Assembly: GCA_000320545.1 (NCBI GenBank)
Contig: ADNK01000036.1
Coordinates: 62,001-126,000, forward strand
DNA length: 64,000 nucleotides
From: Bigelowiella natans CCMP2755
Lineage: Eukaryota > Protista > Cercozoa
Reading direction: 5' to 3'
The notes under the pieces are model-generated. The model did not search any database and was not told the origin of the DNA. It was given only the letters and a program-made list of their open reading frames with translations. How positions within the stretch are numbered: position 1 is the first letter of the stretch; each line of letters opens with the position of its first letter. The position numbers and the translations under genes were made by a program. Below, in pieces: positions 1-12,600 of this stretch.

Positions 1-60
1 AGGAAGGCCGTATAGGAAGGCCGTCCGTTGGATTCCGTATCTGTGTGATTCGAAAAGTGT

Positions 61-1320
61 TGGGAAGATTGTTCCGAAGTCGCTTCGTTCTGGAACAACA
101 TCGGGGTTTTCATTGAAAAATCGTGGAATTAACTGTCGCACTTGTGGAAAGAAGGGCCTTTTACAATGACTTGCTTCCCCCCTCTAGCCCTGAACGTCAA
201 TGTCATTCATTCAGCGACCATTTTGGCTGACCAATCCGTTCATGGAATCAGTTGCCATTCATTGTGCGCTTGCTTGATGCGCATCCAACTTGCAAGGCAG
301 TGTTTGTGCACATCTTGTTGGAAGTCGAAATGAACGCAAATCTTGAAGCTAGCTTGGCTAGCTTGTTAGCCTTCTAGCCTTGCTTGTTGGAACATCGAAG
401 TGAACGCGAACCATGCAATTGATGGTCATTCCTCTCATTGATCAACTCAAACGCTCTCGGCTTCACCTCAGCACAGCACTCTGCTGGAGAAATGAACGAT
501 GATGTCGTCAAGTGAGTGCAGTCCAGCTAGCTGGCCAGCAGTGAAGGGCTAGCTAGCTAGCTAGCTAGAAGGGGGATCAAAATGACCAGCTAGCTCCAAA
601 GCTAAGTGAGCAGAATGATGGACAACAGCAATGTGACATGCACATCACACATGGCAACACATTGCATGTCCATCATGAGCATGCACACTGAACATGCTAG
701 ACATGCCTGTGATGGACACAGCAATGCCAGAATGTGATGCACAGCGTCACGTGGCACAACGCCATGTCACAGCTAGACAGCTAGAACGTGTTGCGTGTCC
801 ATCACTAGATCACTAGATCATCAGAACTAGAGAAACACGATGAGGATTTGCAGTTTTCTGGTTTTGCTTACACGACTGCGATGCGACGCGATGCCAGGAT
901 GCCCAACATGCTGGCATGGCCTTTCTGCAACCAAAGTGGCTAGCCGGTCTGGCAGTGGCACCGACTCTTGAACACACGAACAGGCGAGCCCCTCTAGCTA
1001 GCCCTCCATTTCCAGACTTGTGACTTTTTCATTCACACGAAAAAAAGTTTGGTATCCATGCCAGGGAAACACTAGCGCGTGCCTTGTAGCCTGGCGTGCC
1101 TTCGCAGGCGTTTGGTGCTCTTGTCGCCATGACTGGACGTGCGCAATGAGATTGTGATGCATGCGAGCCGCTGCATCATAGCATGATCCATCTGCAAGTA
1201 GGTGTGAGCTGGAGACAATTGCAATTGCAATCTTGTGCGGTGGATGCCATGAGGCTCTAGAGCTGGCTAGCTGGCGCTTGTGGTCTCCAAAGTTTCTGAT
1301 CAAATTGAACAGTGTGCAAT
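61..1320. repeat. TpA-depleted, CTAG-rich intergenic island (probable degenerate repeat/TE relic)
   Basis: Manual count: about 23 CTAG but only about 9 other TA in 1260 nt (about 79 expected at even base composition). Contains (CTAG)5 at 549-568 and abundant CATG/TGCA. About 45 nt at 337-381 resembles the reverse complement of 9297-9341. Confidence 0.7.
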
Positions 1321-1381
1321 TATTGGTGCCACAGGCTGCGTTCATTTGTTGTGCTTCCATCCCGGTGTACGGCTGATAATT

Positions 1382-3235
1382 TTAGGTACGTCTCTTTTTG
1401 CCCATGTTATTTTCTACTACACTCAAAGTGCTTCCGTTCTCCTCCTCTCCACGGGTTACACCAGCTTTGTCACATTCTATGCTCTCTTGATGCGAGCGTT
1501 TGAGACGGGCTTCCGCAAGTTTCTTCATCCCTTCCTCCAAGGACCGCAAATGTTTTTTGCGATTCCTCGAGATGCCATCGACATCATCTTTCCTGCGAAC
1601 AAACTGACAAGACAACGTGGGGGGAGAGGAGGAGGAGGGGAGACTCAAGGAGCGTACTATAGATACCACACACAGTCCGCATGTATACACAGCTTTATTT
1701 CGCTAGTACCTTCACTCCCAGTTTGTAATGCTTTGCATCAGCTATACTCTCCTCTGATAGACACGCATCAAGTGCTTCTGCAAAGGAAGGAATGGACAAC
1801 ATAATTATATTAAAATGCTACATAGTATGCGAACAAAAGTGAGGGAGGCACTTCCGGGGAGATGGAAGAGTAGGGACCAATGACACCCAACCACTGCGCT
1901 CGAATAATGCTAATTCTCGCGACCATGGTTTTTTCGTGATACACGAGGGAGTGTATGATGATATGTTATTACTATCGAAGCCCTCGTGTATGATGATATG
2001 TTATTACTATCGAGGGCGTCGATATCCTTCGCCTTCAAAGCCAGCCTTGAACCTGCGCCGTAAGAAAGTAGTGCAGGAGAGGAAATTGATGGCAGAAGAA
2101 GAAGACAACACACTCTCACATAGATCGCATCTTAACGCCAACAACTGCTAATCATTTAGTATCAAAGTATCGCCATCTTCATTATCATCCTCGTCTTTTT
2201 TATCGCGTCGTCATCATGGATCTCTCAATCCACTGCAACCCTCGCATTTTGGTTCTTGGGCTTGCAACATCTGGAGGATGTTGTACTTTGTGTTCCGAAA
2301 GGGGTTCTTATACCTGATTGAGCCAACACCTATCATCAAACACACGCGCGCACACGCACTATATTTCTACACACACACACACATATATATAAATATAATA
2401 TATATATATATATATATATGTATATATTCAACAGACTCCCTACTACAGATACAACCATCTAGCAATTTTGACATAGTCCTTCGCAACCGAGTAGACAGGT
2501 AAAAGGCCTTTAAGGAAAGGGGAATATTTGACGACGACAACCAGACGATAAGAAGATTATGATAGTGATGCTTACGTAAATATGGATGAAGATGAAGGAA
2601 AAGAAGGAGTGGTGGATTGCACACAAACAAACAGACACAACAGTAGAGCAACAGGACGGAATGCTATTGCGAATGCGTGCAGGATCTACGCATAGAATAC
2701 TCACACGCACCTTCTGGTCGGAAAAGAGAGCAGTTCCACAGCCCTCCGCGCGCCGTCATCACGCTTGCACTACCTGTTTCTTCTCGCATCCTACGTGGTG
2801 GGGAAGAAATCATGATATGCATATCTATGAGAGCTGAGAGCCAGGGTAATTTCCATGCTTCGCGAGGGCAAGTTTCCGAATCCAACTCTACATTACTATC
2901 TATGTATGCTCCTCCATCATACTGCCTTTTGAAATCGGAGAAATGGAACACATCCCCGTTATAGATGACCGGAACGTTGATGCTCGATACCAACGGCCTT
3001 ATCTTTGAACGGAAGGGGAAAGGGGATAAGGGGGTAGAGGTCAGAGTTGCGTTTGCTCCTATTTCCTCATCATCATCATTGTATAATGCTGAAATTGATC
3101 CATCACCACCTCATTATCATCATCACCATCATCACCATCATCACCATTTTACTATATATTAGCCCAATATCGACCTACATGTCCCTCAACGATATACATC
3201 CGCCAATCCCCCCTCCTCTCTCTCTCCCTCATACA

Positions 3236-3290
<55 letters not shown>

Positions 3291-5086
3291 ACACGCGCGC
3301 ACACATACATATTTGCAATGGAAGCGCCTGCTTGCTACGCGTCTGTTTCTGCTGCTAATATAGCTAGATGCAGTGAATCTGTCTATCCTTTACCAACCTT
3401 CTCCACAAGAGCACGATGTCGAGGCCGATCGTATACACACCTGTAAAACGAGCAAGGTGCATAATCATCATCACTATCACGAGCATGCAGGGGGAGAGGA
3501 AGAGCAGGGAGGCTGGCAAAAAAGGATATAAGATGCTGTAACCTGGCATGAATTCCAATTGCTGCCACCCCACAGCCTTCTATGACCTTTAATAATTCTA
3601 TCGTGTCCTTCTCACTTTCCTGGTAAACAATTTGTTGGAAGAAACCCTCTCAGTTAATAAAACAGACAGCAGACACTGAACAAAGACTAAACAAGGACCC
3701 GAGGTAGGGAGGGGGACCAAGTTAACGCTATCTTTACCTTAAGTCTGATTTTGCACGTGACAGGAATGCTCAGATTGCGCACTAGAGTCCTAATCACATT
3801 ATCAAAACAATTAACAAACAGGTATGTAGAAAACCGAATTTCACTCATACAACGCTGCCTAACGGGACGCTTTTCCCTTTCTGTTGACCAAGAACGCCTC
3901 TACCCTTTCCAATCATGCTCTCCCACTAAATACCTTAGAATATCCTGTATGGTCTCGGGAGACGACAGCAATCCAGCCCCCATTCCTGCATGCACCTGAA
4001 TAAAGCGGAACAACAAAGCAGATCTGGAGTATAAGTACGATCTGTGACAAAAGGGCCAGAAAAATGGTCATTCCCCTCACCACACGCCACACAGGAACTT
4101 TAAGTTACCGAGAAGTGCTTGGGACACCCCATGTTCACATCGATAGCTCGTACATCTCCTGCAACAATCTGATTATAGTGATATTTAGATTGAGATTTTT
4201 GTTGACAGTGCAGCAATGAAGGGACCCTGCCTCAGCGAAGGTCCATGTGAATAAAGAGCGAAAAGTAGTCACGAAAAGCTCATATTTGTGATGGCCATCA
4301 TTTTTCTCTAGGTTTCGAAGACTACGCAAAAAAATATTGTTGTGGGTGGCATATGGTATGTTGATCACAATATTATGCTACATTCTGTCAGGTAGAAAGA
4401 GGCAGGAATAGTAGAGGCGTTTCAAGTAGTAACTACGTGAGGCACCTGAGAAGCTTTTAGAGCCCTAACTGCATCGTTTGTGCCCATTTGAAACACTATT
4501 GGTTCACCACGATACGTTCTGAATTTAGAAATGTTCTCCGGTGCCTGCTGCTGCTTTCTACGTCTTTGCTTCTTCGATATCTACCATACGAGGAGTAAGT
4601 AGTTGGCAGTAAGGTAGTGCTTTTCATCATAGAACATCACGTTGAGAAAAATGAAAGATAAAATTTATCGATCAACGCGAAATATTTCCATCAGTCTAGC
4701 TCCTCCCCTGGGCATCATCATCATCTTGGTAGGATTACGCATTATTACCACTTGCTTCTTCGGCAAAAAATCAATGGTGCCGTCCTCCTTATTTTCAACT
4801 CTCTCGCTGGCGATGATGCTATGATCGATGATCTCCTCGCTATAGACGATATCTGCCCCAAATTTTCGCGCGAGGACACGAAGGGGCAGGGTCCCTGCTC
4901 TTACCTAAAACCACAAGTAATTTGCTGATAAGTGCTGTATCACGATTTCCTTACGCCATGCATAAATCCTACCATCGGGGCCAGGATGTTCTTCCTCTCA
5001 TACGTCCACGACGAGTTTAAATCAATTTCGAGTCCTTGATGGGGTGGGGGAGAAGAATGGGCAGAGGTTTGGCAACCCGCTTCCAT
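1382..5086 (-). CDS. DUS2: tRNA-dihydrouridine(20) synthase 2-like (multi-exon)
   Basis: Spliced exons give ILAPM|VRAGTLPLRVLARKFGADIVYSEEIID, IVFQMGTNDAVRAL, NMGCPKHFS, GMGAGLLS, IPVTCKIRL, GVAAIGIHAR, VPVIYNGDVF and SVMTARGGLWNCSLF, the Dus2 motif series. ATG at 5086. The last exon (stop at 1382) is less certain. Confidence 0.9.
3233..3287. repeat. Compound (CA)n(GA)n intronic microsatellite
   Basis: Seen directly. A similar compound tract lies at about 12527-12597. Confidence 0.95.
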
Positions 5087-5361
5087 TGTTGATCACTCAA
5101 CCCGTCGAAGGAAAGTACGATGTCGGTTCGCTTTCGACTCTCCTCCGTCCTGATCCGAAAAAACAATCGCGACAGAGAAATCAGCATGTCGCAAGGGAAA
5201 GTACACCGTTAGTCCGAAAATGGCTAATTCTGTTCCGAGGAAAATTTAAGCGATTTTTATATTGCGTCATCGAAATTATAATTATCGCAGACAAAAATTG
5301 CTCCCTGCCGGAAGGGCCGAGGATCTGCTGCCTCGACATATTATTTCCAGGGGAGCACAGG
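5087..5361. promoter_or_regulatory. Short divergent (bidirectional) promoter region, DUS2 / MFS
   Basis: About 275 nt between head-to-head ATGs at 5086(-) and 5362(+), with CG-containing and A-tract sequence. Confidence 0.5.
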
Positions 5362-8200
5362 ATGGCCTCGGCAGGGGACTCGGGTATATATATAACAAGC
5401 GAATGTGTTGTCAGAACAGGAATGAAAGACGAGTGATATTCTTTGCCAACATGATGTATTTCAACCCAAAGGCCACCACCATGGGGACCAAGAACCGTTT
5501 ATACGGCGGTCCTCGCGAGAAGGGAAGAGACGCCGTTTGTCGGTGGCTAAGAAGCTCATCGACGGAGAACCCTGCATTATCAACTCCGAGCTCGTCGACG
5601 AGCCCTCCATCCTGAATCCTGATCTCACTAGCTGCGATGGAAGAGACGATGAAGAGCCTCAAGAGGAATTGCACAAGCCGTACCAGGTCCATTTTATTAC
5701 ATCAGACAGACTCCTATGCATTCCCTGAGAGTTTCCTTTTCTTCCTCAGTACTGGAATCTCGCGTTGCTGGGCTTAACCTTTAGCATGTCTCAAAGTACG
5801 ATGTCAGGGCATATGACCATTTCTCCTATAATATCGGAACGTATGGGCTTCGCAAAACTCGCAACTCTGCCGGTTTGTCAGATCATACGCTTTTTCACTT
5901 GCTACCAAAAAAACTCTCCACGAACGTCAAGAATTCTGAAGATGATTTGTTCTTTTGATCTCATCTCATGGATAGTCTTTGCAGACTGAGATGGTGATAT
6001 GAATCTATTCCAGGTCGCTGCCGTTGACGTAGGAAGTATGGCCTCAGCTTGGGTACTCGGTTCAGCCCATTAAAGAAAAATAATTGATAATCACGATAAT
6101 GATGCAGAAGTGCTGATTTTCATGCTCTGTTTTCCAGTACGTAGGATCATTGATGCAGAGAAGAGGTCGCAAGTGCGGATTTGTCTTCGGAGAGGTAGAA
6201 CATTCAAAGCCAATGACTACACAACGTGCACTCTGAGCAGACGTCGTCAATTCACATCAGATCATGGGCATTATCGGATGTTCCATCTGCATAGTAGGCT
6301 TACAGCTCAAATCTTTTCCACTATTGGTGAGTAATAATGGTAAGACATGGACATCAAAGATGCTGAAACACTGGGTCGAAACCATAACACTAAGATGTCT
6401 CACTAACGATATACTTCAAATACCATTGGTGTGCGTGTGCATCGCCAGAACGTAGGAGGTTTTTTCCTGGGATGCTGGTGTGCCGCATCTTTCTACGTCA
6501 GATTTGTAGCTGCTGGGGTGGTTGGGAGCCGGCTTAAGGTACACGACACCATTTCAAGGGGAATTCTCATCGCACATCTGTTGTACATTGATGTTGTTTT
6601 TGTCGTTGATGGTGATGCTGATGATAATGATGATAACGGCATCATACATACAGGGTCGCGCTGTATCATGGGTTCTCATTGGTAGCTCGTTGTGCGCGTC
6701 GGTTGGGCCCTTAATAAGCTCTCAGACAGCAAATCTTTTGCCCACGCAGTTTACGGTGAAAGCACTGACGTGCATGTTCTTCGTTTCAGCATTGAGGTAC
6801 GATTTGTTGGAGCTCATCACGATATATGCCAACAGGCCTTCTACCTCGTTGCTGCATCATTGGCGCTGCTGAGCCTGCTAATGGCCCACATGATGCGAAT
6901 AACTGATGATAACGTAAATCAAGCAAGCGAGCCATCCAAATCCGGAGGAAAACGCCCACACCAAAGGCAGATCGAGCAAAAGGAGGATTTTCATGAGGTT
7001 ATGGAAAGGAGCATGGCAGGGCTAGGAATGTGCAATAATCTTCTGATCATTTTGAATTCAGAATCCCTACGAAGAACTACGCGGCAGCGTCGGCGAGCCC
7101 CCTCCAGATGAGATCTCGACTTACGAGCTAATACGGTATTTTTCACCGTATCTATGACACGCTAACATTGCAGAGAACTCTCTGGTGACACGCCCCTTCC
7201 TGCAATAATGCATCTCTAGGCCCTTCCGTGTGAGAGTAGCGATCTGGAGTGCTGCGACTGCAATGTTCACGATGATCCTCATCATGAGCGCAACGAGCCT
7301 GGCCATGCATAAGTATTGACCGATACCTTAGATTTTCCCGATCGGAACATTTCAAACAATGCTGCGTAGATTTATCCCAACGGTCTGTCGGTGCCTGATG
7401 AAGTATCCTTCTCAGTCATTTCAATTTCGGCCTAACGACGGTCTCACTGGTGATACAGCTTCACGTGAGGTATTGATGCTTGCATCTCTCGATAATGAAC
7501 AAGAAAGATGCTTTCAGCTTCGCATTTTACCCATGTCAAACGGTGTTATGTACTTAAATCCACAGTTCCATGTTCATTCCGTGCTTCTTCACAGCTGAGA
7601 TAATCGAATTAATGGGAAAGGTAAACAGAACTGATATGCCAGCAATCAATCACGGAAGATGAGTTGCATCGAACGCCACAACTTCAATCCTGAGATGCAT
7701 GATGTGGTCGATCGATGCTTTGGTAGGAGCTTACAATCGTTGTCGGAAGCTTTCTGCTGGGAGCAAGCAGTAATAAAGAGCATGCTCTCTGTGAAAATGC
7801 ATACCATACCTTCTTCGCGCCGACAGGGTGTATGTCGGTCTTGCGTGGGATGATGTGGTTTGCTAATTGTTGATTCTGTTAGTTTTGATCGGCATGCTCG
7901 GAACGAGCTTGGCACATTTTCTTGGATGCTTGACCACGCTTGGTAGAGAAGCACTTCGTCAAATGGCAATTAGCAATCGCTCATTTCTTTTTTTACACCT
8001 TCTTATCCCAACGAAAACCAAGGAGTAGCCTGGAATTTCCAGTTCATTGCTAGTACACGCCTGCTAGTTTCGGAGTTTGATGAGAAGAATGCTGCCCGTG
8101 TGGAGGTAGGAAGTTTCGCGGTGATTTCCTTTGCTGCTGATCCTGTTTTTATGTTACTGCTGCTGCGCGTCTCTCTGTCTCTCTTTCCCCCTCTATCTTC

Positions 8201-8237
<37 letters not shown>

Positions 8238-8868
8238 TCTCCCCCTCTTTCCCTGTATGCAATAAGTATCATTGGTATTTCGTTAACACAGATTCTCTTT
8301 ATGGAGTAGAATTACACGTTATGTTATGTACTGTTTCAGGGCGTGAACGAAGTTTTCGTTCAAGGTGCAGGTGCTCTAGGAGCTCTAGCCTCAGGGTACC
8401 TGGTCTCAATTTCATGGAGAATGGTCTGTCATACATGCAATTCACACCTCCATGCAATGAGTACGGTTACTCAACAGAGAGCATATTTGAGAAGGCGGCG
8501 AGCCATAGAGAATAGCAGCACTCGCTGCCGGCTATTAGGCAATCGGCACAATATACATCTTTAAACTAGGTTCTTTGGTTCGCAGTCCCTTTTGTATTCG
8601 TGAATATAAGGTACCTAAGATCCAATTGAAGATTCTCCCTCAGAAAAACCCCATAGCATGTTGTTTATAAGTGTGCCTTTTACAATTATTGGCGTTACCA
8701 CGATTTTCACGTGACAACATCCATCAGTCTGCTTCTGTTCTTGTGCACGGGATGCTCGGACAAGTGTGGAGGTTAAATGATGAGTTTTGCATGCCACTTA
8801 TGATGATAATGACACAGTTGAAGGGTTATCTTTCAGTATCGGGATTACTTGAGTACCACAATCTATGA
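5362..8868 (+). CDS. MFS transporter, RfnT/MFS_1-like (multi-exon)
   Basis: Exons encode LMQRRGRKCGFVFG, YVRFVAAGVV..KGRAVSWVLIGS, SMFIPCFFTAEII, VAWNFQFIASTRLL and VEGVNEVFV, with many hydrophobic helices, matching RfnT-like MFS motifs. The ATG at 5362 splices in frame. Confidence 0.8.
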
Positions 8869-9179
8869 GCGAGTGAATGAAGAGATTGATGGCATACGTT
8901 TCTTTACTTACTTATATTTCCCCGTTTATGTAGGAGGGCAAAGGTAGCAAAAAGGGACTTTTCCAACGGATAGTTTCTTGAAACGGAGAAGTTGCAGCGT
9001 GGATTTGGATGCTACAGATGTGTGTACACAACTAATTGGACACCGTCAATGTCGACTCAAAATTCTTGTTGACCAATATATGAGTGCTTGTTTCATCATA
9101 TGTATGTATCTCTAACAAGTTGAGTTCTCCATCTCCATCATGTGACTATGCTATAAGCATCACCGCAGTAGTATGGCTA

Positions 9180-10245
9180 GACGATGCAACGCATTGACTT
9201 GCACAGTGGGGTCATGCACATCGTGCACATTGCGATGCTTGAGTAGCACAACGCAACAACATTCAAACACCAATGGCAAGGTGGAGGTCTAAGAAAAGGC
9301 TAGAAAGCCTAACAAAGCTAACATTTCGAGCACAAGATTTGAAATTTCTAAGAGTCACAATGGCGAACCTACACGTACGTACTCTGCTGCGCCTGTGCAC
9401 ATTGCGTCACACACAGCCAGCAAATAAATCTAGGAATTCCATGTTCATTGAATTTGCAAATAAGAGTTGTGTAGCACAAACGTGGAGTTTGTGTGCATCA
9501 TCCAGATGTCATCATGCAGCATGCCAGCATGGCCGATCCAAGGTGATGTGGTGGAGCAATTGTGCAGTCTAGCAGTGTGACAGTAGGCATGCTGGCATGG
9601 AAGCCTAGATTGTCAAGCCGTGTGCCAATGTGCACTGCATCGACTTTGTGCAAGCAACGGCAAGCTAGCAAGTGGTCGAAGACACATGGATGGCTTGCTC
9701 TTTGTTTTCTGCCCGCTGCTTCGTGCGATTCGATTCCAAAATCATCATCACAAACGTCTAGACGTGCTTGGGATGTGCGTGCTTCTAGGGGTTTGTGTGC
9801 AAATGCACGTCCAGGAGTGTACAAGTGCCTAGCGTGAATCGAATGCACAATGACAACACCCAACTTCATTCGCATTCTCCCGCTTGGATTTCATCTTGGT
9901 GAACCTTGCTCAGTTTGTTGGATGCGGCTTGCTCCATGAAAGTGTGGCATTCTTCTGAGGGGCAGCCTTTTTTGTCCTCATGAATGACGCAGTGGTTCCA
10001 ATGATGCAGCTGATGAGGCTCGATGTTCTCTTGAATGAGTGAGTGAACGAATGAACGAGTGCAACGAAGTTTGCGGACAGCAGCGCTCAGCTGCCTGTGC
10101 TCAATTGGCCTTCCTCAATTGGCCTTCCTTCTTTTGAGGAGGTGAAGAAGTGTTTTGCTCTCGACTGTGCATGAACAAATGAATGAATCAAGGAATCCCA
10201 ACGGCGCGGTTGAAAGGATCACAGGTTGGAAGGATCACAGGACAC
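9180..10245. repeat. TpA-depleted island / degenerate repeat
   Basis: No TA between about 9835 and 10245. In 9480-9835 TA occurs almost only as CTAG. Tandem motifs (caattggccttcct)x2 at about 10102-10129 and (aggatcacagg)x2 at about 10215-10241. Confidence 0.65.
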
Positions 10246-10881
10246 GCTAACTCATCCGTGCCCCCGAATTGGTGCCCCCCAATGAACTGGAACGTCGAAA
10301 GGTTTCCATCCGCCGGCCGATGATCGAACTTGGCGGAATCTGCGGTCCTGGGTTAGGTAATTGTCCCCAAAGTGACCAGAAAATTTTGCAAATATTACCT
10401 GAATTGCATTGCTGCAGGTGACCGCTGGCTAAAAATAGAACCTTTGGAGCAGGAGCAGCCACTTTTTGGTTTGTTGCAAGGGGAAACGTAAATGTGCAAG
10501 TCGCAACCAAGCAGCAGCCGCAGTGTTGGGCCTTTATCCCTGCAGCCGACAAATTAGTTCCATGGTAGATCTGGTGTGGTCGAACGGAGTGACAGGTGAT
10601 ACAACTTGAGCGGCGATCCTTTCCCCCCCAACACCCGAGTCGGTTTCAAGCGAACGACCACACTACCCGTAACAGCAAATGCGAACGACCCGAACCGTGT
10701 TAGCGCCTACTTGTTCGACCCCTCCCGCCCAGCCCCTGTGAAGTTTTTGTGGAGTCTCCCCTGTATACTCCTTGTAGTTTCGAATCAAGCTCTCTCGTCA
10801 TTGTGTTTCGGGTGGTGGGCACACACTGGACTTGCTTGATCGCTGAAAGAAGGAGAGGGCGCACAGCCAGGACTCAGAAAT

Positions 10882-12526
10882 ATGAAGATGATTCGCATCG
10901 CTGCGGCGTCGCGAAGGCGCTCGAGTGGAGCAATAACAACGGTCGGAAGGAAGCATACATTTCAATCTCCCCCAGATTTGCATGGCGAAGCGAAATTTAA
11001 CAAATTGTACTATTCTTTCACCAGGATGCCTCTATGTTTGGCCCGGAAACGAAGCTCCATTTGGAAAATTTGGGCCCGGATACGAAGCTCCCCTTGGAAG
11101 CAGTTCAAGAAGAACTGAATTATAGAGCATTCAAGATTGGCGTTGGGAGAGACTGCATTCTCTTCGCTCTTTACTTTTCGGTTGTTCATTTTCCTTCCAA
11201 GGAATGAAATAGATCACAATCAATATGCAACCTTTCTAAGCCCTGGTTGACAGAAGCTTAATGTGTTCTTTAGTTTTTCATTGGAATCTTGGTGTCACAC
11301 TCGAACATCCAGACAAGCTTCCAAATGAAAGATATGCTGTATCGCGATGTGAGTATATGTAGAATCCTAATATATCTAGCCAACACGTTGCGAATATCCA
11401 ATATTCGCTTACACCGGAGTATGGAAACTGAAACTCTGATTATCCCACAGATAATTGCAAATGACAAAGCCGGAACTTGTAAGTGCGCCTAGATACTTAT
11501 AGAGAGGATGGATGGAGAGATACTTCTTACGAATGCTTTTAACACACCTTCTCTTCTGTACTCATACATCGAATCTACTCGCGCCACCATGGCCATAATT
11601 TGCTCAATGGATGAAGTGACGAGCTTTGAGAACTTGAATCAACCGCATGAAGTTTACGACTGGATGAATGAGATCCTGATTCCAAACGTAAGCTCCATGG
11701 TTTTGCATGCTGGGTGGATTAAATAATACTGAGTAAATGGGACGGGGTGTGAGAAAGTGCTCTTTCTGTAGGCCACCACGTTGATGATGAATATATCATT
11801 AGCTATACACTCGATGCTTGGTTCATTTTTGTGCTGTATATTGTGTGAAGACAAGAAGATTGCAGAAGTGTGTACGAATGTACCCAGTTGCCCTTCTTCC
11901 TTTTGTGCAAACTTGAAATCGTGTATGCATGCGTGTTATATGATGTATGTGTTCCTCTCTTTACTCCTTTTCTGTTTCAGGTGTATCGAAAGTTCTGGTA
12001 CAACGGGGATATGTACTCTCAGGAGATCGACAACACGATTGGATTCCAAGTAATTTGTATGTGAGCGTGTGTATGTGTCTGGAGGGAGAAAGCCAGCGAG
12101 AGTAAAAATAGTCAACATTTCTCATAAATCTCACTCGTAGCCTCTTATCATCATCGTTATTATTGCTACTACATTGCTACTACTCTTAGACCAAGATGAT
12201 AGGAAGCTTACGACTCGTACAGACGCGACGAGAGGAAACCTATACCTCAGGATTCTGTTATACTTCCATCTTTGACAAGATTTCCGATCGCTGTCTCACA
12301 GACGTGAGGATATATAGAGAGGAGAAGGGGGGGGGAGAGGAGAAAAAAGCAGAACGTGACATCATTATTCACACACAGTATTACTGAAGTACAAACGATG
12401 CTGCTTAACATCAGAACCAAGCTCATAATATGATACTTTGTGATGGCCGTTCATGCTGTAACCAGGGGATCGCGCTCTCTCCACATGTGTAAGAGCTAAG
12501 ATCATCTGCGCCTTTCCCATCACAAT

Positions 12527-12600
<74 letters not shown>

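Noticed and set aside
61-1320. CpG-methylation decay or fungal RIP as the cause of the TG/CA excess
   Set aside because: CG remains common (e.g. atgcgacgcg), and RIP would raise TA rather than remove it.
998-1360. ORFs inside the TA-poor islands (also 9273-9875 and 46324-47660)
   Set aside because: Loss of TAA and most TAG lengthens frames by chance. They overlap in several frames, show no recognisable domains and are His/Cys-rich, so they are not called as genes.
10100-10245. Short tandem repeats as a CRISPR-like array
   Set aside because: Only two units each, no unique spacers, and a eukaryotic context.
10247-10552. 101-aa minus-strand ORF and a single gggttagg telomere-like word
   Set aside because: No domain or splice support. 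One hexamer is not a telomeric array.
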